Shown here: positions 57,135 to 64,000 of the stretch, piece after piece
Numbering within the stretch: the first letter of the stretch is position 1
Layout of the letters: each line of letters begins with the position of its first letter
NCBI GenBank assembly: GCA_965242865.1
Contig: CBDETK010000013.1
Span: 2,528,001 to 2,592,000 of the forward strand
Direction: 5' to 3'
Length of the DNA stretch: 64,000 nucleotides
DNA from: Candidatus Latescibacterota bacterium
Lineage (GTDB): Bacteria; Latescibacterota; UBA2968; UBA8231
Notes under the pieces: model-generated
What the model was told of the DNA's origin: nothing
Database searches by the model: none
The model's input: the letters and a program-made list of their open reading frames with translations, nothing else
Program-made: the position numbers and the translations under genes

Positions 57135-57770
57135 ATGCTAGACTGGCTATTTCCCGCGCTCGGCGCGCTCGCCCTTGGTGCGCTGTGCGCCCCTATGACC
57201 TTGGCCTTGCGCTGTCAGCGCGAGGGCTTTCCCGCGGCTTGGGAATGGGGCGTGCGGCTGTCCTTTTTTTGGGGAGGGGTAGGGCTTGGGCTGCGCGGGG
57301 GTGCCCAGGGCCTGTGCATCGCGCCGGTGCTCTTGGGCCAATTCCTCCCGTACCCTCGCCTGCCGCTGCGGACCGAGGTGAAGCACCGGCGGAAAGCCGC
57401 GCCCGAGGCCGCGCCCAACGTCAGCGAGCGGCCCCGCCGCCCGGTCGGATGCCTGCTGATCAAGCCCGGCCTTAGGTTGCTGGCGAGTTTGCCGCGCACC
57501 ATCGGGCTCAAACGGCTGCGGGTCGAGGGCCGCTTGGGCTTTGCCGACCCAGCCCAAACCGGGCGCGTCTATGGCTATTTGCAGGCGGTGGCCGCCCGCA
57601 AGGGCAAGGTATCCATAAACGTCAGCCCGGATTTCGTGCGCCCGGGGGCCTTTGGCCGCGTGGACTTGGTCGCTCATCTGCATTTGGGCTTGTTCATAGT
57701 GCTCTTGGGGCGCTTTGGCTCGCAGGTGGCCTACCGCTTGTTCGTGGCGCGCGTTCGCACCGACAACTAA
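57135..57770 (+). CDS. DUF2953 (YtfI-like) membrane protein
   Basis: LGFADPAQTGRVYG...PDF motif; directly precedes a ytfJ-like gene. Confidence 0.72.
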   Translation: MLDWLFPALGALALGALCAPMTLALRCQREGFPAAWEWGVRLSFFWGGVGLGLRGGAQGLCIAPVLLGQFLPYPRLPLRTEVKHRRKAAPEAAPNVSERPRRPVGCLLIKPGLRLLASLPRTIGLKRLRVEGRLGFADPAQTGRVYGYLQAVAARKGKVSINVSPDFVRPGAFGRVDLVAHLHLGLFIVLLGRFGSQVAYRLFVARVRTDN

Positions 57771-57793
57771 GCCCAATCTCCGAGGAGCTTTTC

Positions 57794-58168
57794 ATGGCAT
57801 CGTCTGTAGAATCCCTAGTGGAGCGCGTCCTAGGCGAGTTGCACCGCATCGTCCAAACCGAAACCGTCATTGGGCAGCCGTTTCAGTCCGGCGACTTGAC
57901 CATCATTCCGGTATCGAAAATATCGTTTGGCTTTGGGGCCGGCGGTGGGCTGGAGGGCAAGGGGCAGAGCGGGACCGGCGGCGGCGCGAACATCGAACCC
58001 ATTGCCTTTCTCATCGTCGATGCCAAGGGCCGGGTGCAGGTGGCGGCTATCGGCGATCAAGAGGCCGGTTGGGGCCAGATCATCGGGCTGGTGCCCGAAG
58101 CCATCGGCAAGATCAAGCAGTTCATCCGCAAGAACAAAGACAAAGACGCCAAGGCCGACGGCGACTGA
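57794..58168 (+). CDS. YtfJ/GerW family protein
   Basis: ETVIGQP...IIPVSKISFGFGAGGG...GGG..IEPIAFLIV. Confidence 0.88.
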   Translation: MASSVESLVERVLGELHRIVQTETVIGQPFQSGDLTIIPVSKISFGFGAGGGLEGKGQSGTGGGANIEPIAFLIVDAKGRVQVAAIGDQEAGWGQIIGLVPEAIGKIKQFIRKNKDKDAKADGD

Positions 58169-58178
58169 GTCCCTTAGC

Positions 58179-58700
58179 TCAGTGGTGGTCTTGGCTGGTG
58201 GGGAACACCTTGAAGCGCCCGTCTAGCAACAGGTGGGTGTACCAACCGACGACGCCGGCCACAAAGAAAATCACGTGCCCTTCCAGCAGAATGTACACGT
58301 TGTCCCAAGTAAATTCCCCTAAAAAAGCCTGCCGCGCCCGCCAGTATTCGTAGCTGGTGCCCAGCAATACCACCGTGAGGAACGGGCTGATCTTTGAGTG
58401 CGTCCAGCCGCGGTGGTGATCCAAAAGCGGTAGGATGCACAAGATGCCTACCAGCGTCGCCAACTCGTAGTGCTCGGCCCAGCCCAGATAGAGCAAGACG
58501 CCCAAGACGCAGCGGAAGAACCACCGCTGGGCCACCGAAGCGGTGTCCAAGTCGGGAAACAGGGAGAAAAACAGCGCGGTGCCGGCGACAGCGGCTTGGG
58601 TCGCCAGATCGCCGGGCGCGACCGAGCCGGAGTAAACCGCGCCCGCTGCAACGCCGCTGCCGGCGACGACCCCGCCCACGACATGTCCTTTGAAGTTCAC
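58179..58700 (-). CDS. Membrane-bound metal-dependent hydrolase (YdjM/DUF2227-like)
   Basis: GH, PDLD, HRGWTHS and HLLLD motifs. Confidence 0.82.
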   Translation of the reverse strand: MNFKGHVVGGVVAGSGVAAGAVYSGSVAPGDLATQAAVAGTALFFSLFPDLDTASVAQRWFFRCVLGVLLYLGWAEHYELATLVGILCILPLLDHHRGWTHSKISPFLTVVLLGTSYEYWRARQAFLGEFTWDNVYILLEGHVIFFVAGVVGWYTHLLLDGRFKVFPTSQDHH

Positions 58701-59746
58701 GATTTTTGCTGGTGGTAAAGCTGGCCGCAGGCCGCGTCAATGTCTCGCCCGCGGCTGTGGCGCACGGTAAACTCAACGCCGCAGCCTTTGAGCACTTGGT
58801 AAAACTGGGCTAGCCGCCGCTGGGCTGGCCGGCGAAAGCGGGGGTCTGTGGCCGTTTCGTTGTAGGGGATGAGGTTGATCTTGCACGGAATGTCGCGGGT
58901 CAGCGCGGCTAGCCGCCGGGCGTCCGCGTCCGCATCGGTCAACCCGGCCATGAGCACGTATTCAAAGGTGACGCCATAGCCGCGCCGGGCGAAAAATTCG
59001 CGCGCCACCGCCAAGAGGTCGGCGATCTTGTGCTTGCGGTTGATCGGCATGAGCTGTTCGCGCAGCTCGTCGGTCGTGGCGTTGAGCGAAATGGCCAACC
59101 CCACGTTGAGATCTTCGGCCATGAGCCGGCGAATGCCCGGGATGTACCCCGCAGTAGATACCGTGATTTTCCGCCCCCCCAGCCCAATGCCCCCTTTTAG
59201 GCGCATCAGTTTTAGGGCGCGGACGACGGCTGAGTAATTGAGCAGAGGCTCGCCCATCCCCATCATCACCACATTGGTCACCTTCTCGTCCCGCCCTTGG
59301 GCGAAGTGGTTTACCTGCAAGAGCTGATCGACGATCTGCCCGGCTTCGAGGTTGGCGATCAGGCCCATGCGCCCGGTGGCGCAGAACTGGCAGTCGAGCG
59401 GGCAGCCTACTTGCGACGACAGGCACGCCGTGCGCCGCGTGCCATCGACGATCAGGACGGATTCGATGCGCTGCCCGGTGGGCAGCTCAAAGAGGAATTT
59501 GACGGCCTCGCCCGCAGCCGACTCTCGACGCTGGACGAGGCGTAGGCGCGTAATGCGCGTCCGCGTGGCGAGCTTTTCCCGCAATGCTTTGGAGAGATTG
59601 GTCATCTCCCGGACATCGTGGACGCCCTTGGCATAGAGCCAATTGAGGAGCTGCCCGGTGCGGTACGCCGGTTCGCCGAGCTCGCCGACGAGTTGGTCAA
59701 TCTCGTTGGGCAGCATGGCTTTGAGGTCGTAGAGCTGACTAACCAC
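58697..59746 (-). CDS. rlmN: Dual-specificity rRNA/tRNA m2A methyltransferase
   Basis: CLSSQVGCPLDCQFC, MGMGEP, EYVL, NLIPYN and AACGQL motifs. Confidence 0.95.
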   Translation of the reverse strand: MVSQLYDLKAMLPNEIDQLVGELGEPAYRTGQLLNWLYAKGVHDVREMTNLSKALREKLATRTRITRLRLVQRRESAAGEAVKFLFELPTGQRIESVLIVDGTRRTACLSSQVGCPLDCQFCATGRMGLIANLEAGQIVDQLLQVNHFAQGRDEKVTNVVMMGMGEPLLNYSAVVRALKLMRLKGGIGLGGRKITVSTAGYIPGIRRLMAEDLNVGLAISLNATTDELREQLMPINRKHKIADLLAVAREFFARRGYGVTFEYVLMAGLTDADADARRLAALTRDIPCKINLIPYNETATDPRFRRPAQRRLAQFYQVLKGCGVEFTVRHSRGRDIDAACGQLYHQQKS

Positions 59747-59859
59747 CTTAAAAGTCCTTGACGAGTAAACGGGTTGGTATATATGTTAAGTGTCTGCTGA
59801 TATTGGTCAACGGGCTCCCAACCGTTGCTCGCTCCCTTGTTTTCCCAGACATTTTGAAT

Positions 59860-61173
59860 ATGCGATTGCGATTCGGATTTGCCATCTGGTTGTCGGGCAT
59901 TTTATTGGGCGTCCTCGCGCTTGTGGCGTTGCGCTTGGGGACGGCCTCTCAGCACTCGGCGGCCCCAGCCGCCCCCCTCGGGGAAGTGGCCTTTGCGCCG
60001 GCCGCTTCGGCCGCCGTGCGGGAGCCGCCCTTTGTCGGCCCCCGCGTTCCGCCCCCGCCCGAAACGCGGACGATTGCCGCCGTGCTAAACTACGGGGATT
60101 CCATTGGCCGCTCGCTCGATCAGTGCCGCGTCCCGAGCCGCCAGTTGGCTCGGCTGTACCAAGCCTTGTACGCGGTCTTCGACCCCGCGCGCGTCAAGCC
60201 GGGCGACTCCTACGAGGTCGTAATCGACTCCAGCGACGCCATTCGCCGCTTCCGCTACACGCCCCACCGCACCCCGGACCGCCCGGTCGAGGTGGTGCTG
60301 CGCGATGGCCAGTTCGTCGGACAGCAGCTACAACTGCCGCTGGAGCGGCGGGTCGAGCGGCTCGAAGTGCGGATCGAGGACAACCTCTTTAACGCCATCG
60401 GCGAGGCCGGGGAAGGCAGCGCGCTCAGCGACGTGATCGCCGACGACATATTCGGCGCCGTCATCGACTTCCAGCGCGACCCGCGCCGCGGCGACCGGCT
60501 AGGCGTGGTCTTTGAAAAGCTTTACCTAGACGAGTGCTTCGTGCGCTACGGCCAGGTCCTATTGGCGCGCTACCAAGGGGCGCAAGTGACCCAGTTGGGG
60601 GTCCGCTATGCCCCGGCCGAAGGCGAGGACGCCTATTACGACGCCAGCGGCCGCTCCCTCGGCCGGATGTTCGTCCTCAAGCCCCTCAAAGTTAGCCGCA
60701 TCACCTCGCGCTTCAACCGCCAACGCTTCCATCCCGTACTCAAAAAGCAGCGCCCCCATCTGGGCACGGACTACGGTGCGCCGACCGGCACCTTGGTGTG
60801 GACTACGGCCCGCGGGCAGGTTGCGTACGCCGGGCGGAAGGGCGGCTACGGCAAGTTGGTCGAAATCGTCCATCCCAATGGCTACCGCACCCGCTATGCA
60901 CACCTGAGCAAGATATTGGTTCGCAAGGGGCAGCTCGTCCAGCAAAAAGACATCATCGGCAAAGTGGGGGCCACTGGACTCGCGACCGGCCCCCACCTAC
61001 ACTACGAAATCATCAAGGACGGGCGCCACATCAATCCCGAACGCATCAACGCGGGCAGTGTCGTCCCGACGCTGGCCGCCGACCTGTTGCCCGACTTTAT
61101 CCAACAGCGCGACCGGCTCAAGCGCGTCCTCTCGCTCGGCCCACTCCATTTAGCGTTCCGCAACGGCCCTTGA
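59860..61173 (+). CDS. M23-family peptidoglycan DD-endopeptidase (MepM-like)
   Basis: N-terminal TM; HLGTDYGAP, TRYAHL and TGPHLHYE motifs. Confidence 0.9.
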   Translation: MRLRFGFAIWLSGILLGVLALVALRLGTASQHSAAPAAPLGEVAFAPAASAAVREPPFVGPRVPPPPETRTIAAVLNYGDSIGRSLDQCRVPSRQLARLYQALYAVFDPARVKPGDSYEVVIDSSDAIRRFRYTPHRTPDRPVEVVLRDGQFVGQQLQLPLERRVERLEVRIEDNLFNAIGEAGEGSALSDVIADDIFGAVIDFQRDPRRGDRLGVVFEKLYLDECFVRYGQVLLARYQGAQVTQLGVRYAPAEGEDAYYDASGRSLGRMFVLKPLKVSRITSRFNRQRFHPVLKKQRPHLGTDYGAPTGTLVWTTARGQVAYAGRKGGYGKLVEIVHPNGYRTRYAHLSKILVRKGQLVQQKDIIGKVGATGLATGPHLHYEIIKDGRHINPERINAGSVVPTLAADLLPDFIQQRDRLKRVLSLGPLHLAFRNGP

Positions 61174-61210
61174 CACGCCCACAGCCCTAGTTTGTTTTGG
61201 CAATCTCGCG

Positions 61211-61609
61211 ATGGAATTAAAGCTGCAAGAAATCGACAATCTAGCCGAGCGCGACGGTCGGTACAAGCGGGATGCGTACCTTTTTGTATATGACGCGCTG
61301 GAATACACGGTACACCAGCTCGGCAAGGACGCCTTGGCCAACGAGAAGCGGCACATTTCTGGCCGGGATTTGCTCTTGGGCATCAGCGAGTACAGCGCCG
61401 ATCAATTCGGGCCGCTCACCCGCGCGGTTTTTGCCCACTGGGGCATTGAGCAGACGCGCGATTTCGGCGAGATCGTCTTCAATTTGGTCGGAGCGAATTT
61501 GCTGCGCAAAACAGACGAGGACCGGATTGAAGACTTCGTCGATGTGTACGACTTTGCCGAGGAATTCGACTGGAAGAAGCGCAAGGCCGACCTCAAGCGC
61601 CTGCCCTGA
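61211..61609 (+). CDS. Minf_1886-family conserved protein
   Basis: DGRY..DAYLFV..AL, HISGRDLL, FGPL...VF..WGI..T.DFGEIVFNLV and D..EDF patterns. Confidence 0.78.
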   Translation: MELKLQEIDNLAERDGRYKRDAYLFVYDALEYTVHQLGKDALANEKRHISGRDLLLGISEYSADQFGPLTRAVFAHWGIEQTRDFGEIVFNLVGANLLRKTDEDRIEDFVDVYDFAEEFDWKKRKADLKRLP

Positions 61610-61624
61610 GCGCGGGACGCAACC

Positions 61625-62824
61625 ATGAAAATCGCCTATTTCGACTGCTTCTCAGGGATTAGCGGCGACATGATCTTGGGTGCCCTGCTCGACGCGGGCC
61701 TCGCGCTGGCCGACCTCAACCGAGAAATCGCCAAGCTCGGCGTGCCAGACGTCGCGATTGAGCGCGAATCCACCGCCCGACACGCCATTGCCGCCACCCG
61801 CGCCCAAGTCTGCCTAGCCGGCGCGCCATTGGCCGACGCCGAGCACCATCTCGACCTGTCGGGCGAGCACACCCACACCCACCTCAACGACATCACGAGC
61901 CGCATCAACGGCAGCCGCTTGGATGGCGCGGTCAAGGAGCGGTCCATTCGCGTTTTTGAACGCCTGTGTGCGGCCGAAGCCGAGGTCCACAACGCCGCGC
62001 CCGCTAAAGTGGCCCTGCACGAAGTGGGAGCCCTCGATGCCCTGCTAGATGTAGTGGGGGCCGTGGCTGGCCTCCAGCTCTTGGAGGTGGACGAGGTCTG
62101 CGCTTCGCCGTTGCGCTTTGGCACGGGCTTGGTGCGCTGTGCGCACGGCCGCTACCCGGTGCCCGTGCCTGGGGTCGTGGCCCTCTGCCGCGGTGTGCCG
62201 ACCGAGCAGACCGATATCCGCGCCGAGCTCGTCACCCCGACCGGGGCCGCGATCATCACCACCTTGGCCCATTCCTTTGGGCCGCAGCCGCCCTTCTGCC
62301 AACAGGCCGTCGGCTATGGTGCGGGCCGCCGCGACTTAGAGACCGTCCCCAATCTATTGCGCCTGCGCTTGGGCGAGCGCGCCCCGGCCAGCGAGCGCGT
62401 CCTGCTGATTGAAGCCAATATCGACGACATGAATCCAGAGGTGTACGGCTACCTCTTCGATCGGCTGCTGGCGCAGGGGGCGTACGACGTGTATGCCGCG
62501 CCGGTCCTGATGAAAAAGGGCCGCCCGGGCAATGTGCTCAGCGTTCTCGCGCCGGCCGGCCGCTTGGACGAACTGGCCGAAATCGTCCTGCGCGAAACCA
62601 CGACCATCGGCCTCCGCTACTACGCGGTGGAACGCCGCGTCTTGGAACGCCAGCTCCGAACCGTTGCCACGCCGTATGGAGCGGTCGGCGTCAAGTTTAG
62701 CTATATCGACGGCCGCGACCGCGTCGCGCCTGAGTACGACGATTGCGCTCGGCTGGCCCAAGAACACCAAGTGCCCTTGCTATCCGTATATGAGGCCGCT
62801 CGCACGGCCGCCACCAAGGAGTAA
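61625..62824 (+). CDS. larC: Nickel-pincer cofactor nickel-insertion protein
   Basis: YFDCFSGISGDM, HEVGALD, AHG..PVP, ELVTPTGAA, EANIDD, MKKGRPG, ETTTIG and PEYDD motifs. Confidence 0.92.
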   Translation: MKIAYFDCFSGISGDMILGALLDAGLALADLNREIAKLGVPDVAIERESTARHAIAATRAQVCLAGAPLADAEHHLDLSGEHTHTHLNDITSRINGSRLDGAVKERSIRVFERLCAAEAEVHNAAPAKVALHEVGALDALLDVVGAVAGLQLLEVDEVCASPLRFGTGLVRCAHGRYPVPVPGVVALCRGVPTEQTDIRAELVTPTGAAIITTLAHSFGPQPPFCQQAVGYGAGRRDLETVPNLLRLRLGERAPASERVLLIEANIDDMNPEVYGYLFDRLLAQGAYDVYAAPVLMKKGRPGNVLSVLAPAGRLDELAEIVLRETTTIGLRYYAVERRVLERQLRTVATPYGAVGVKFSYIDGRDRVAPEYDDCARLAQEHQVPLLSVYEAARTAATKE

Positions 62825-63591
62825 TGCCCATCATGTTGCGGTTGATCGTATGCTTATGCGCGTTATGGCTGGTTCCCCTATCGAGCCCAGCGGCAAAATG
62901 GCCGGCTTATAGGGGCGACCTAGACGAATTCGACAACATCCAACGCTTGCCGGCCGGCGAAGGCCCCGCCCGCCTCGTGCTCGGCGACGACGACGGCCGG
63001 ATCCACGTCTATGAAGAGCGCGACCAGACCTATACCGAGGTGTGGGTCAGCGACTATCTCGAAGGGGCTGTCGCTGGGGTGTTCGTCCTCGACATCAACG
63101 ACGACCCGCTCGACGAGATCGTCGCCTATACCGACCACGGCCGCGTGTATTACTTCGACGCTCGGGACTACGCGCTCGTGTGGAGCAACTCGCCCAATGA
63201 ATACGCCCGCATCACCAGCCTAACCATCGGCGACATCGACGACGACCCCCAGCCCGAGCTCGTGTTTTGCGCCGATGGCCGCTTGATCGTGTACGATGGC
63301 CGCGACCAGTACGAGCAGTGGCGCAGCGACCAAACCGACCTGACGGCCCATCAAATTCTCATCGGCGATGTCGATGGAGACGGCGAAGACGAAATCGTGC
63401 TCAACGACGGCTACGTGTTCGACGCCCGGTTCTTCGACTTGGAATGGCAGTCGCCCGAGCCGTTTGGCGAGCGCATGGGCCTAATAGACCTCGACGAGGA
63501 CCAAATTCCCGAAGTCGTCGGCGAGTCTCAGGGCCGCTACCTGCGCATCTTTGACATCGATCTCCGGCGAGCCAAGTCGCTGGGTCGCTAG
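62824..63591 (+). CDS. Exported FG-GAP-like repeat (beta-propeller) protein
   Basis: Signal peptide; repeated D[IV][ND].D...E[IL]V motifs; TAATG overlap with larC. Confidence 0.75.
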   Translation: MPIMLRLIVCLCALWLVPLSSPAAKWPAYRGDLDEFDNIQRLPAGEGPARLVLGDDDGRIHVYEERDQTYTEVWVSDYLEGAVAGVFVLDINDDPLDEIVAYTDHGRVYYFDARDYALVWSNSPNEYARITSLTIGDIDDDPQPELVFCADGRLIVYDGRDQYEQWRSDQTDLTAHQILIGDVDGDGEDEIVLNDGYVFDARFFDLEWQSPEPFGERMGLIDLDEDQIPEVVGESQGRYLRIFDIDLRRAKSLGR

Positions 63592-63668
63592 CGGCCTCGC
63601 CTTGACACTTTGGCCGCGACCGGCGTATATACTGCCGCCGCTACAACCCCCACCAAGGAGCGATTGCC

Positions 63669-64000
63669 ATGCGACCTGTCACCCTCTTCACTGGCCAGTG
63701 GGCCGACTTGCCGATCGAGACCCTGTGCCAACAGGCCGTTGAGTTTGGCTACGACGGCTTGGAGCTGGCCTGCTGGGGAGACCACTTTGAGGTCGACCAA
63801 GCCACTGATGCCTATTGCGAGGCCAAGCGCGAGTTGCTCAAAAAACACGATCTAGCCCTGTTTGCCATTTCCAATCACCTCGTCGGCCAAGCCGTGTGCG
63901 ACGCCATTGACAGCCGCCACCAAGCCATCCTGCCCCCGCGCATCTTTGGCGATGGCCGCCCAGAGGGCGTGCGCCAGCGCGCGGCCGAAGAGATGATCGC
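63669..64000 (+). CDS. Sugar phosphate isomerase/epimerase (xylose isomerase-like TIM barrel), 3'-truncated
   Basis: [15 protein letters not shown]...[14 protein letters not shown]...[12 protein letters not shown]; SD AAGGAG; not in the ORF track. Confidence 0.88.
   Translation, partial: MRPVTLFTGQWADLPIETLCQQAVEFGYDGLELACWGDHFEVDQATDAYCEAKRELLKKHDLALFAISNHLVGQAVCDAIDSRHQAILPPRIFGDGRPEGVRQRAAEEMI

Overview
High-GC chromosomal segment from a diderm bacterium (TolC, lipoprotein and periplasmic proteins). The Minf_1886-type and ASPIC/UnbV genes hint at an FCB/PVC-like lineage, but this is inference only. From left to right: a truncated PQQ sugar-dehydrogenase/cytochrome c fusion; a branched-chain amino acid operon (ilvC-leuA-leuC-[hicB-hicA]-leuD-orf-leuB-cimA) with an unannotated Leu-rich leader peptide and two structured intergenic RNAs; a ~12 kb surface-glycan cluster (three paralogous GT2s, another GT, sulfotransferase, methyltransferase, HTTM-like membrane protein, deacetylase, flippase); three mosaic, near-identical AAA-ATPase/PD-(D/E)XK nuclease genes with a methyltransferase and a frameshifted PIN gene; argJ-aspC-accA; a minus-strand run uvrA-like, pepP, queC, DMFase-like, queF, DUF5343-like. 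That run is interrupted by a 3.9 kb islet (fused double DNA methyltransferase plus convergent Zn/HNH nuclease) flanked by a 60-bp direct repeat that duplicates the 3' end of queC. Further right are a TolC-(MlaC+DUF3047)-MlaC-MMPL operon with no membrane fusion protein, tRNA-Gly(GCC), a TPR/FG-GAP/ASPIC lipoprotein, PBP1A, ytfI/ytfJ-like genes, rlmN, an M23 peptidase, larC and a truncated sugar isomerase. Best novelty candidates: the queC-targeted RM-like islet, the TolC/MlaC/MMPL lipid-transport operon, the AAA-nuclease triplet and the leu leader RNAs. No CRISPR array, integrase, transposase or reverse transcriptase was seen. All family assignments come from motif recognition by eye, not database searches.
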